Assembly (NCBI GenBank): GCA_001643675.2
Contig: LSRY02000056.1
Span: forward strand, 434,001 to 498,000
From: Monocercomonoides exilis PA203
Taxonomy: Eukaryota > Protista > Preaxostyla
Reading direction: 5' to 3'
DNA: 64,000 nt
Each line of letters opens with the position of its first letter. Within the stretch, counting starts at the first letter, position 1. The notes beneath the pieces were generated by a model, which saw only the letters and a program-made list of their open reading frames with translations, did not search any database and had not been told where the DNA came from. Position numbers and translations under genes: made by a program. Below, piece after piece: positions 22,125 through 35,374 of the stretch.

Positions 22125-22979
22125 ATATCTTAATAAATCTTCCATTTCATTTAAAAAAAAACAAAAATTTATAAAATAAAAAAATTATTTTTTCTTTTTT
22201 GAATAATGTTGAATGGAATAATATATAATTAAGCTAAAAATGTAATTCCGTATGTTAAGAAAAGAATTAACAACATTTCGAAAGTTGGATAGAACGTTTT
22301 CAGCTTTTGACATCTCTTAATTGTGAACATTGCAACTTATTAAGTTATTTCTTTTCTTTTTCTTTTTTTGATTTATAATAAAAAAATAATTTCAATATTT
22401 TTTTAAAATATAATTTTGAAAACTCAAAAATAATAAGTGGGGAATATTTCTTTCTTTTGCGAAAAAAATCAAGATTTGTTCCAAACAAAAACAGCTTTAA
22501 CATCACAACGTGTATAACATTTTTAAGATAAAAAAGAATTTGCAAGTTGTCCATAATAATATTTTATTTTGCACTTTTCGAAAAAATCCAATATTTGAAG
22601 TATTATTTGGAAGAGGAATTAGAAATGAGCGGCAAAGATCGATATTTTTATTTTTTGTTATGAACAATATGAAAAGGAACTTAATGGAATTGTCTGAATA
22701 ACATTTTAAGATTTTTAATCATGAATGAAATTTTGTGAATAATAATTGTTGTTCATTAAGTAAATTATGTTATTCAAACAGAAATTGAAAGGCAAAGCGA
22801 TTACCACGGGAGATTAAGAATTCAATATTTTTTTCAGGAAATGAAAAGAAGAAAAAGAAGAAGCTGAAAGTGGCTTAGAAAAAAAGAAGAAAAACCACCA
22901 GTTTTGCTTTTTTGTCTTTCTTCATCTCCTTCTTTTTTTCTTTTTTCTTTTATTATATGTTTAACGAATAATTTCAGAA

Positions 22980-25900
22980 ATAGCACTGCGGTAATCTAAA
23001 GCCAGTGGAGATTATAGCCTTCTTCAGATATAAAGGAAAGGATGACATTGCAGAAGTTGGTAGATGAATTAACGAAAAGTGTATCGAAAGAATGAAACGT
23101 GTCATGTGCGGTGGAATTTGCATTGGATAAGAATGGGCAAGCAACAACATGGAAAATGGATGGGTTGGGGCAAGAGAGATGAAAAGATCGTCTTTGCTGG
23201 ATTCGATGGAATTTGAGATGAAAAACAGAAGCTTCTCTGGTTAGCATTCGTGTTCTTCTTCGTCTTTTTCATCTTCTTGCTCGTTTTCTATTTCATCTTC
23301 TTCGGTATTTGTAACAAGCTCGCTGCAAAAGTTTCTGGACTTGGAGGCAATGACACAGATTCCAAAGTCAGTGACAACATCTTCCTCTTCTTCTCTTGCA
23401 TTATCATCTTCGTCGTCTCCAAAAGTGTCATCGTCTTCATCTTCTTCTGTAGCCTCCTCCTCTTCTGACCCATCGCCCTTCTCCAATGTGCCTCACTTTC
23501 TTCCACTTCCAGTTCTCCTGCTTCTGTCAAAAAGGCCATCACTTATCCAAATTGAGAAGCACCAGCTAAAGACGATCTTTTCGCAGGAGTTCCAGGTGAC
23601 TCCAGAGAGCTCATCTGATACACACAACGCATCTTTCGGGTTCATCATCGGCTTCTTTGTTGTTGTTATTAGGCAAGAACAACTCACGGCTCAAGTCAAA
23701 GTCTCCATCATCCTTCTTTCTATTCTTCATCTGTTTCGTCTTCAATTGCTTCCTCCTGCTCTTCTTCAGCATACAGCCATATGAAGAGGAAGAGACAAAT
23801 GGGGTCTCGATTCAAGCAAACACACAAATCTTATAAGTCTGACAACACTCACGAAGCTCACGAAGCTCACGAAACTCACAAGGTTCGTAAGGGGCAGAAA
23901 TCACATGCACATCGAAGCCATCGGTGCCATCGTCGATCTCCTCATTTGCACAGAAGCCATCGCAATTGCAGAAGACATTTGCCCTTGATGCATCACACAA
24001 GCCAACAGCGACACAAGGCACATTCAATTGGGCCATCTGTGGGGATTGGATATTCCAGCAGGGAATCAACGTCATCGGTGGCCGGTATGGGGAAGGGGGA
24101 AGGCAGCACAGGAGAGGGGATAATGCGAAATGTTTTGGAGGGGAAGAAGCTGAGAGGCTTTGCAAGGGAGATGGAAATGAGCAGCGTGAGGTTTCCTGCA
24201 CACGAGATGGAAGATAAACACACTTCTCTATTTCCTTCATATGGCCAGAAAAAGAGAAAGAATTCATCAAGAAAAATGAAGGGGAAAAGAAAGAAGGAGA
24301 AGGATGAAAGGGCGAGCAGAGACGAGAGCGATCAGAAAGGGTTGCATTCGTCTTATTCTTCGATTTCTTCCTCGCCATTGCCTGTTCCTCATTCGCCCAG
24401 CTCTTTTTTTGGAACAACCATTTCGCGTTCTTCTTTCTCTTCTTCTTTTTCGTTCTGCTCTATTGGCAAGCAGTCTACGAGCAGTGTAAGCAAAAGGCGT
24501 AAGCGCAGCAGATTGTTGGGGGGTCTTGAGCATTCGCACAAATCCTATCAGAGCAAACACAGACACAGACATGGGCACAGACGCAGACGCAGACACAGAC
24601 ACAAGCATCTCGGTGGCGATTCAGATGGTGGCAGAACGGAGCACATGTACGAGGGCCTTCGGCATGGACACATCGGCAGGCGTCAAAAGCGAAAAGAAAA
24701 GAAAGAAGAAGAAAGCGATTCATCATGTCTTGGTGGTAAAAGAAAGGAGAAAAGAGGGGGAAAGGAAGGAAGAGGGAAGAAGGAAGAAGGAAAAGAGGAT
24801 GAAAGCGATCGAAATGAACAGTCAAAATTCGATTTGCAATTTTATTCAAGAAAGACTCCAACTCTTTTGTCTCAGTATCATCAGCATCAAAAATTGTTCT
24901 CCTCTCAAAGTTCTTTTTCTCCAGCACCTTCAGCACCTCCAGCTCCTCCTCTTCCTCTTTTGCCTCCTCCTTCTTTCAATCCATATAAATTCCTCATCTT
25001 CAACAATTCCAGCAGCTGAACATAATTCTTTCTCTTTTTCTCCTTCTTCAGATAGTCTTGTTGGAATGGAGCGCTTCCCTTTCCACACACCGTCTGTTCG
25101 CTTACAGACCTTCTCCTATCTTTCGCACATGGGAGAGGGCACTTCACTGAACATGGGGATTGTTCCACTGGGAAAGACAAAGATGTGTTCTACAACATCA
25201 CAGCTTCTAGTGAGGAGCGTGGAGGGAAAGGGAAAGGAAGGAGGGCAGATAACCATGGTGGGATCTGCAGATGATACATATGGCGATAAAGAGAAAAACG
25301 AAGAGGAAGAGGAAAGGCGGAGAAGAAGGTGTGGGAAGATGGAAATGGAGGATAGAGGTTGCAATGGAGGAGAAATGAGCAGACGAGATAAGACAGAAGA
25401 ATGTGTCTCTGGTTGTGTTTGTGAATCACAATCATCAGCATCATCGGGTTCATCGGCATCGAGTGGTGTTCAGGCAGACATGGCATCAGCGGCGAGTGTG
25501 TCATCTGCTATCAACACCACAAACACCACCACACAAAGCGTGTCGGCTGCTTCGATGTGCCTTCCATTTGGCTCGACAACATCCCCAAAGGCAGGTGATG
25601 GGGCATTCGGCTCTCGTACAGATGCATTGCACCATCTGGATGCACTTTCTGAGCCCACGAGTGCTGCCAACACATCCACCCATCCCCTTTCACATTCTCC
25701 GTCTTCTTCTGTTTCTCCTGTGTCGCTTGCATCACCAGTGTCGCCTGTATCACCAATGTAGCCAATGTCTCCCGTGTCTCCCGTGTCGCCTGTGTATCCT
25801 GTGTCTCCGCGCTCTCCTCCGTTTTCTCCTTCGCCTTCATCACCGACATCATCCCTTCCATCCACAGCTGTTCTGGGTGCATCGCATTATTTCTATTCCT

Positions 25901-26420
25901 CCTTTTTTCCCCTCATTCGTCTCCTTTGTGTTCTTAATCTTCTTCTGCTGTTGCTGCTAATTCTCCATATCTCATTCTTCAGGCTTGCCTTTTCAATCAT
26001 CATCTTCTTCATGGTCTTTCTCTTCTCCGTCTTCTTCTTTCTCTTCTCTTGCCTTCTAGCACCTGCCCATCTTCCTCGACATCCGCTCAGCCGCGGTGCT
26101 GCTGTAAATCTTTAATCTCTCTTTCGTGCTCTACTCAGATTATCAGTCCCAATTTCTGTTGTTGTATCGACCAATACTCGTTTCAATGCCCATCTCATCC
26201 TTCTCGCCAGTGAAGCTGCCTCCTTGTTTTGTGCTGTTGTGATGAATTACCCAGCTGACTCGCTCTCTTCTCATATCTATACTTATGAAACTGATAATAG
26301 CAATAGAAATTGTGATGATAATAGAAGTCCTTATGCAAGTGATAATAAAAGTGGATCAAGTGATTCTGTATATAGAGGGAAAAGCAACAACAACAGCATT
26401 GAAAGCAGTGAGAGATGAAT
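22980..26420 (+). pseudogene. Degraded Ser/His/Arg-rich low-complexity gene remnant
   Basis: GC-richer coding-like sequence. The Ser-rich reading passes between frames (23341-, 23781-, 24526-, 25765- ORFs) and is interrupted by in-frame stops (TAG near 23242, TAG 25759-25761 inside a PVS repeat). No recognisable domain. Confidence 0.55.
25710..25810 (+). repeat. 9-bp tandem repeat (CCTGTGTCG-like) encoding Pro-Val-Ser units
   Basis: About ten imperfect units, translating SVSPVSLASPVSPVSPM*PMSPVSPVSPVYPVSP. Confidence 0.8.
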
Positions 26421-26657
26421 AGGAATAGGAATGGGGAATGAACAAGACATCTTTTGTTTGCAATCTTATGGTGCTTCTTTGCAGGCTAGTGCAATTTTGT
26501 CTGAAGAACAGCAAGATTTTTGTGAGAATTTGACAGTCGAGAAAAAATTCAAACATGAGAAATAATATATTTTCATCGACACTCATTTTTGATAAATAGA
26601 GCGCATAATTATATTTTTGTTTTTAATTTTTTGATTGACATTTCATAAATACGTCAT

Positions 26658-27480
26658 TCATGAACATGCAAATCTATTTATTTTGAACATTAATAAAATG
26701 AGGACAAATGTATTATTCAAAGATGAATGAAGTGAAAAGACAGAAAAAAAATTAATAAACAGTTCTACAATTCTAACACGAACAAACAATTTTTCAATTA
26801 TTATTAACAAAAAATTTAACCCAAATTCCCCTTTGTCAATGTAACAGCGCAATCCGATGATGCAATCCTCGTATCCTTCTTCTTCCAACTTATCAAGTTC
26901 TTTTCTATTCTGCTCTATTGATTTCGCTTTTTCAATTTCAATAATTAGCTTTCGTTTCAAACAAAATGAAATTTCATGAAAAATTGTAAAGCATTCATAT
27001 TCTTCATATTCATTCAGTGTCTGCCATTGAATCTTCTCCAAAACAGCGTCAACAGCTCCTCTCTTCAACAAGTCATCAACTACCACATCTTTTTTTTTCT
27101 GTTGTTTTTCTTTAAGATAAAGCGCATGACCAACTAATTTTTCAAGGATTATCCTAGGCTGCTCGAAGTACTTCAGTCATGATGCTTCAATGCCCAACAA
27201 ATATTTTGTTCCACATTGTGCAAGAGAGAAAATTATGTTCCAAAATTAGTCGCCATCTCAATATAATAAACTCTTTTTTCTTATCTTTTATCTTTTTTCT
27301 TCTCTTCCGCATTTATTGTCTGTTCAAATTATTTATTAAACAATTAAGAAAAGAACAAAAACATCCGAACAATAATTCAAAAATACCCTATGCATACACT
27401 GAAACATTTTTTGCTGGGTCTGTGCATTCCGCAAAATCAAAACAGAAACAATAGGTTTATAAATTTTCTGAATGTTGGTT
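26658..27480 (-). pseudogene. Truncated member of a lineage-expanded helical-repeat hypothetical family
   Basis: Fragment VVDDLLKRGAVDAVLEKIQ...LDKLEEEGYEDCII resembles, from memory only, the C-terminus of a large Monocercomonoides hypothetical family; upstream sequence is broken by stops and frameshifts. Confidence 0.55.
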
Positions 27481-27863
27481 GAATATCCACGTAAACGAAT
27501 TACAAGCACCTTTTGAAACATCTGAAGAAGGATAATTCAAAGCTTATCTTCTGAATCATCCTTTGTCTTTCGTTTCCATGAGAACAAATGAATAAGGATG
27601 ACGAACCTTTAATTTTATTTGCGAAGAACTTTGATTGATGATCTGCGACAGCCTGAGAATGTTTGAGGTGCTTGTATTCACTGTTAAGTTGCACTCATGT
27701 AAGTTATTACACTGCTGAAGAACAAGATCTTTTCTTATTGACGAAGGGATAAGCAGATATTTCCATAAATTTCCTGCAAAAAGTATGATGATTTTGAAAA
27801 CTGTACGTTACTTCAATTTTGTAAAATATTACAAAGCATACGACGCAATATCGGCTGCGATAT

Positions 27864-28103
27864 GTGTTATTCTTTTTGAAAAGTCGCAAATGTTTAATTC
27901 TCAGATAAATAAAAAATTTCAAATTTTACTCAAATTTTTGTTAACACAAACCAAACTTCACTAACATGGAATCTATAACTTGATAATGCCATTTCATGAA
28001 TAGTTAAGAAGATTCATGAGCGGTAACGAGAATTTGAGCAAAATATGAATTTTTTGATTTATTTGAAAATTAAACTTTTGCGACTTTTCAAAAAGAATGA
28101 CCC
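27864..28103. mobile_element. 240-bp palindromic MITE with 4-bp ATAT target duplication
   Basis: Left arm GTGTTATTCTTTTTGAAAAGTCGCAAATGTTTAATTCTCA pairs with right arm TGAAAATTAAACTTTTGCGACTTTTCAAAAAGAATGACCC; ATAT at 27860-27863 and 28104-28107. Confidence 0.88.
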
Positions 28104-28266
28104 ATATTTTGAATGAAAATATAGTCTTGCGATAGACAAAAAAAAGTAAGTTCATGTGCGATAAAGAAACAGCCCAAAAAAAAGCAGGAGAAGAAGAAGG
28201 TTAAAAAGTGAAATCAATGTTTGAAAAAACTTATAAAGGTAATTAAACCATTATGCAAATAATCAG

Positions 28267-31007
28267 ATGCAGACTGGAAAAAATGATTATCCTCTTCGTC
28301 CTCGTTCCACAAAAAGCCGTCATTCTACAAAAATCTATGACTTATTGACATATCTTGCGGAAGACGATCCAAAAGGGTGCTTATTAAATTTCCTATTCCA
28401 CTCCAAAAAAGGAAAACCGTTTCGCGATAAGATTAATGCTCTCTATAACAGTTTGTTTTTAATTTATTTTTCACTTATTTCATTGTGATCCATTGGTTAA
28501 TTTTATTTTTCAATTTTTTGTGACTTTTTCGCATATAAAGAAAAAACTACGAACATATTAATCAAATAATTGCAGCTGTACAATTCGTCAAAAATCAATG
28601 CCAAAGTCTGCATTTTGCACTCAGTTTCTTCTGATTTTTCCTTCCAGGAGCTGCAAAACTCCGGATGGAATATTACGAAAGCAGAGTCTTATTACTCAAG
28701 AAGAAAACCTTGTAATCCAAACGAAGAAAAACAGTTTGAAACGTCAGAAAAAAGTTTACAAAAAGGTTTGATTTTCTTATATGAAATGTGTTAAATGTTC
28801 TATTTTTCATTTTCTATCTTTCTTTCTTAAAAAGCAAATGATTTCACATTGGCTGAAAGTTGGTTTTTAGCCCATAGTTCTTGTAGTTGTCAAAACGATA
28901 GAATTTCAAAAAAAAGTGTGATCCATTCTTCTTCAATAAAATTTTTTATTGATAAAGATTTATTCTGTATTTTATATTGCAGAAAAAAATAAAGATGATA
29001 AAAACAATGAAGAAAATAATAAAGATGATATTAATAAAAAAAAAAAATAAAGGATATCAAAATTTTAACAAAGAAAAAACATTCTCCTTCTCAGAAAAAA
29101 GAATTATAGAGAAAACAAAAAAAGAATTAAATTCTGAAATGAAAAAAGAAGTTGAAATAAAAATGTTTTATTCTTCTTTCTGCAAAAAGACAAAAAACTT
29201 CAAAGAAGCAAAAAAACGCACTGATCTTTGTGAGTTGTGTGTAAGAGGAGATTTTTTAGCAAATAAAGAAAAAGAATTTAAGAAAAATATGAAAGAGTTG
29301 AAAGAGGAAGAAAAAGAAGAAATAAGATTGATAAATGAGTATAAGAAAATGGCACAAAGCCAGAGAGACTTTTTTAATTTTTAAAGAAATAATTTGAAAA
29401 TGAATGAATGTGTCATATTAATGGATTTTGAAGAAAATTGGTCTCTCCCAATTTCTTTTAATGAAACTGGAAGAAGTTTTTTTGAAAAGAAACAGATTTC
29501 TCATTTATGTTTTGTTGTGTATTGTCTTGATAATTATTGAAAAATGAAAAAATGTTGTTTTAATTTTTTTTCTGAGATTTTATCTCACGATTACCGTTTT
29601 GTTTTGGAATGTTTAAATAAATTGTTACGTTTTGATATTTTTATGAAGGTTAATAATTTTTGTTTTTTTTTTGTGATAACGGTCCTCATTTCCGTAATTC
29701 GCATATTTTATATTCATTGTTTTCTCCAAATTCAATTTTTTTAAAAACAAACACTGTTCATTGTCGTTTTTTGTTGAACATCACGGTAAAAACGACTGTG
29801 ACAATGAGTTTGGATTGTTAACAAACATTTTAAATCATTATTTAAGAAACAAAGAAATTAACACTATTTATGATTTAATAGATTTTTATTGTTGTTATTT
29901 TCACACTTATTTATTTAATATCGATTCTGACGGTTCAACTATTTTTTTGTCGGTAAATAATAATTCTTCTTTTGAATCACCTTCTTCTTTATCAGCATCG
30001 GCTTCTTTTTCTTCACAATTAATAGAATCAATTGAAACAAAATGCAAAACGGAACATTTCTTTTTGAAGTATTTAACTATTTTTTTATTATTTTATTTTT
30101 TTATTTATTTTTTTAATTTATTTATTTATTTGTCAAAATTTTTTTGAAAAGTTCCTTTTGTTTAATTTTCAAATAAAGAAAATATTTCATATTTCGATCA
30201 AATTTCTGTTCCCACTCACCAAATTTTGCTGTCATGAAAATTAAATCTTAACAATGTTATTATTTCCATTTTAGTGAAGTTTCGTAAGTGGGAACAAAAA
30301 ATTAATGAAAATATGATTTTTTTCTTTATATGAAAATTAAACAAAAGGAACTTTTTAAAAAAATTTTGACATTTATTTATTATTTATTAAAATTTTCAGA
30401 CACACAGAAATGGAAAATACTATTTGGGGAGAGCTAACTCTCAATGGAATGAAAAATTATTTGCATTTCTCAAATAATGATGGAAAACTTTGTTCGTCTA
30501 CTCTTAGCACCTTTGATGAAAAAGAGATGGATGAAATGATGTGTAAAGAAAAAATGGTGGAAGATAAAAGAATTAGAAAGATATTAAAAAGATAGAAAAT
30601 GATTAAAATGAAATTTATGGTGTGAAAAAAGGAAAATTCGGAAAAAATGTGAAAAAAGTGATAGAAAACCGATTAAAATTAATTGAAAAGAAAAATTATG
30701 AAAAGTTAAATTATTTTAATGATAATTTTTTTTCTAATTCTATGTTTTTTTGACAGACTCGACTGCGTGAAGAATAGCTCAGGTATGTCTCAGGTATGTT
30801 CTTTTTCAGAATCATAAATTAATTCTAATTCTTTTTCATATAATTATAATTCAGATTTTAATTCTATTGATTCTTTATTATTTAGTCAACCACTTGAAGA
30901 CTGTTTCGCTTATTCTGTTTCCGATAAAAGGAATGAAGGTATGTGTTGTTCTGATTCAATTGAAATGGATGTGAGTGATGATGATGTGATTATTACTGAA
31001 TATTAAT
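28267..31007 (+). pseudogene. Intron-containing Sola-like DDD transposase pseudogene
   Basis: Joining frames gives KKRTDLCELC, CVILMDFEENW, FFSEILSHD, FCDNGPHFRNS, FFVEHHGKNDCDNEFG; the D...D...HGKxxCD pattern is Sola-like. Stop at 29382-29384, frameshifts in T runs. Element ends not identified; 3' boundary approximate. Confidence 0.65.
30132..30370. mobile_element. 239-bp palindromic MITE inside a predicted intron of the Sola-like transposase gene
   Basis: Terminal 40 bp GTCAAAATTTTTTTGAAAAGTTCCTTTTGTTTAATTTTCA match the reverse complement of the right end at 39/40; imperfect pairing continues inward. Flanked by ATTT (extendable to ATTTATTT) on both sides. Confidence 0.9.
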
Positions 31008-31760
31008 TCTTTTTTTTATAAAAATGAATTGTCAAAATTTTCAAATAAACTTCAATTGAATCAAACTGATTTTCAAAAATATTTTATATTCGAAAAAAAA
31101 TTGAAACTCACTTTTGCTTTCTCAACGATTCCTTAATTTTTTTCTAAAAATCAAGGTTGAGAGCTAGATTAATTCTATCCTGTTATTTTCAATTATTATA
31201 AAAAGAAAATAACTTGCAGAGTTTGGGCTCAGAATTAGTTTCCCACGAAAGTGAGTTATAATTTTTTTCTATTAAAAAACGCACGCACACACACACACAC
31301 AAAAAAAATGAAAATAATTGGATTCGAAACAAATATTTATATTGTTTGATATTGAATTAAAAACATTCTGAAATAAACAATAAAGAATATTGAAAATATA
31401 ATTTTTAAATAATGGGTGGAACATGTTCTAAAGTAAAAAATTTTTCCCCAAGTTAAAGCAATTTTCAAGTATTAAAAAAAAAATGGTTTGTTTTTAAAAC
31501 TCTGCCAAGTACAAATACTTACAAAGCAAAAAATTATACTTCATACAAAAAATACATAATATTTGTCATTACATAAAACAACAATAGCTGCATTATAATC
31601 CAACATAGATACGATGTCATTCATGTTAAAAAAAAAGTATGACTCTTAAACAATCAATAAGATGTAAACTCTTCAAACTAACGCTATTCTTTCAATTCAT
31701 ATATAACAGCACAATTACTGATAATCAACATTTTACAGCTTCTTTTGTTTGTTGCGCTTT

Positions 31761-34700
31761 TCACAGAAAAGTGGGATATGTTGCAAATGTTGAAAATGGG
31801 TTAGAAAATAAAACATTTCCAAATGCTGTTTGATAGTTATTGTAACGCTCATTTATTGGATGAGACACATCAGAAGGTGCGGGGAAGTGTACTGGATAAT
31901 CAAAGTTGTCAAAAATTTTGGCCAGATTTATTTTATTTGGGGTGACCCTCGGTAGCATCCAGAACAATTGTAAATTCAAAGGAATCAACACTGGCTCAAC
32001 AAGGTCGCGCATTCCAGATTCTTCCATTGCATCGTCAAGAAGGCGGAGAAGATATGTTCCCGTGTCATCTTCTTTCTCAATCTCCTCTATTTCTTCGTCC
32101 ATACTTATTAGCGATTTGAAACATGGCTGATTGGTCATTTTTCTGTTCATTTCATTGATATCAGATGGTAGACAAATAACGCTATCCAGCTGCGAGATGT
32201 TTTCCCATTCAGCTAATGGAGGCGCATTCCATAGGTTGGCTGAATGCTCCTTAAAGTATTTATTTCGCTTTGCAATCGATTTTATAAACTGCTCAATAAA
32301 ATTGAGGCGGTTCTGACGAGAGGGCAACATGAACGCAACACACTTTTCGTGGAGCACTTTGATTGCCAGACAGAACACATTACTTGGAGGAAGACTTTTT
32401 GGTGCCATCCAATAGATAAGCTGGGAAACGTATCCAATCTCAAAGATATAAGGTAGCTCCTTCACAACAGACGTCAAAGTTGTTATCACCAACAATTCAA
32501 TAAGATATTGAACAGATTCCAACGACCGAGGAACTAACATGTTGCTTTGAATACCTTTTATTGATATTGGAGCAGAAAGCGGAAATGGTGTTGACATCTT
32601 CTCCATCAGACGGCAAAAAAGGGGATCCAGAACAATTTTGTCAGCAGAGCATGACTTTTCAAGAATGAAGGTGAACAAGCACATAGCAATGTAATAGAAG
32701 CGCTGAGATGAAAGAGAATGGTGGAATTTATAAGGCGTAAAGCAATAGGAGACTTTGTACTGTAAGCTCATAAAAATGTTAAAGCTATTTCTAATGGATG
32801 ATTTGATAACAAAATCATGATCGCACTTTGTTAGCAGGTCGCAGTAATGATTTCTTGAGAACTCAAGTTCAATGCAGTTAACGTAATCAGAAATACGAGG
32901 CTGTGGATAAAAATTGCTTTCGCTTTCGCTTTGCGCAAAATGATTGTGGTCAAATCCTTTGGGAATTGAAAATGTTTCGTATTCTTTCATTTCTTTCTCT
33001 ATTTCTCTTTTGACTGCGTCCTTCATTTCTTGCTCTACATTATCCAACTCAGTCAGCAACTCACTTTCAAGCATAGAAATCAAAGAACCACAAAAATTGT
33101 CTGAAAACTTCGATAGAAGACTGAGGCATATCCAAGAATAATGCTCGAACGCTTGACACGGAAACCTGAAGAGACAATCATATAACAAAATTTAAAATAT
33201 ACAGCATGACAAGGAAATCTATTATTTTTTTCAATTTGTCAATTTGATTAATGCATCTACATGTGAAGTTTTTGATTGTTTCACAAAACAAAATTAGTGA
33301 AGAAGAATAAAACAACAATTAGCGAAAGAACATCAACAAATAGTCACCAAATATTAGAATTACATATAAATTGGTTAAAAATACTGTCATTAAAAGAAAA
33401 TGATAAAAAGAAGAGCAAACTTTGTTAATCGCCGTAATGCAACAACAGTTTTCATAATTATTGATTCAGGAAAGGATTGATGATAATTATACACTAAGTG
33501 TGCAATGATACAACATATCAGACATTCGGTGCAAGCAACAAAAATTTCAGAGAATGTAACAAGAAAAAGATCAATTAGATGGACAACATCGCATAAAAGC
33601 AAGCCAGTTGTAAAAATTTTTGTCAAATAAAGAAAACAAAAAACATCAAATTGGAAAATTTAAAGTAAAATGAAGATCATTTTAATCAAATAAACGAAAA
33701 TTGATCCATAGTGAATTTTTTCAAAAAAATTAAAAAAACAGCAAACATTTATTCGCCATAAAATCAATCATCTCAATTAAAGTTTTCCTGATCCGTTGAT
33801 ATTTGGGATGATAATCACAATCAGTAAATCTCGTTTTTGTGCACTTGTAAATTTCTCCTTTTCCCTCTTTCTCGCCTTTTTCTCTTTTATATGTCTCGCT
33901 CTTCTCGGTTTTACTCAAGTCCTCCAGCTTCTTTCTCTCATATTCTTCTTCTTCTCCTTCTTTCAGCTCCAAACTCTCAACAAGAACATACATAATGCTT
34001 TCTACTTGATATTCTGAGGCTGGCAGATATCCGAATTCTCTAAGCGCGAATAAGGCATCCAATCGCACAGAAACTGGAATTATGTCCAAGTTCTGCAAAA
34101 CAAAATCATTTGAAGAAGAATCAGACAACGATGAACACGGCACATCTGATCCTAAAGAAGAAGAAGAAGAAGAAGAAGAAGAAATTGTTGTTGTTGTTGC
34201 TGATGATGATGGTGGAGAATTTAGCTTTAACAGTTTATTTTCTCTTCCTTCATCTTCCTTCTTTTTTTGTTGTTTGCGCTTCACATTACTCTCTTGATTA
34301 TCAGATTGCTTCTTTTCTGCTTTTTTACTTCGACCTTTCGTACTTTTTTTATTTTCTTCTGTCTTTTTTACTCTCCCTTTCAACCTTTTCATTTTTGGTA
34401 TTGTAATCTTTTTATCTTTTTTTGTTGTTTTTTGTATCTTTATCCGCTTCATCATCATCATCTTCTTCTAATCTCACAAGTTGCAAAATATTACAAGCTT
34501 CATGTGTAATAATTCTTTCTTGTTTTTTCTTTGAAATTCCTCTCTTCTTATGATCCACAATTATTTCCATTAGAACCACCGGAAATTCGTAGTTTTCCAA
34601 GCAATTAAGACTCCCGTATCTTGAATAGGAGCACTCCTTCTGGACAGCGAAATGCACCAACTGCAGAGCATATAATGCACAAGACAAACCGTCTGGATCC

Positions 34701-35374
34701 TGACATCGAACAAGGATATCATTCAACCCGTCCAAAAAGTGCTGACTAACAAGCCTGTCTATAACAGTTGAATCGTTCATAAGAACTACATTTAGTAGAA
34801 ACTTCGACAGAATGGAAAGCGTTTCATTATTTTCCAAAGTGCTCATGCGCTCCACTACATCAGGAATTAATTTGTTCTTCGTGACAATTTGCTTTAGTAA
34901 AGGAGACACTAGAAAATCAGATTGCGCAATGTTTCTTGAATTTGTAAATCTGGATCTGTACATCATTGTTTCATACATATTCTTTTGTTCTTGCTGAGGA
35001 TCTTTAAGCTCGTGGAATTCCTTCGAATATGACAATGGATTTGTCAGCATTTCCATAATCATTTCATAAGTTCCAATAACTTCATCGTTACCAACAATAA
35101 AGACATATGATCCACAATCCAATAAAATTTTCAACATATCAGAAGGAACAGTTTCCATTTTCCCAATAAAATTATTCAAAAGCACAATAGCTTCTTTCAA
35201 ATTTGTTAAAAGATCAATCTGCTTCAATTTGCAAGAACTTTAAAAAATTCAAATTCTTTCGAAATAAATAAAAAGAAATCACAGTCACACTGAAGTATTT
35301 TTTGTTATCTCATTTAGCCTTTCGGTATCTTTGGAAATATTACATAAAGATAGTATTTTCAAAGAAATATCCAT
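31761..35374 (-). CDS. Multi-exon lineage-specific hypothetical protein, probably helical/ARM-like; apparent frameshift(s) near 34360-34430
   Basis: Consecutive minus-strand ORFs 34412-35227, 33730-34461, 33390-33626 and 31761-33188 separated by AT-rich intron-like gaps; possible first exon from ATG 35374. No known domain recognised; exon model tentative. Confidence 0.6.

Noticed and set aside
23781-25761. Two overlapping ~411-aa plus-strand ORFs as a dual-coding or programmed-frameshift locus
   Set aside because: The surrounding sequence has several other stops and frame changes, so pseudogene decay of low-complexity sequence explains it more simply.
28108-31300. Terminal inverted repeats delimiting the Sola-like element
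   Set aside because: Only a weak AGCCCAAA/TTTGGGCT match was found, which is not enough to call ends.
19052-34430. Alternative genetic code (stop reassignment) to explain in-frame stops
   Set aside because: In-frame stops occur only in loci that also have frameshifts; intact genes have kilobase-long stop-free frames and end in TAA or TGA.
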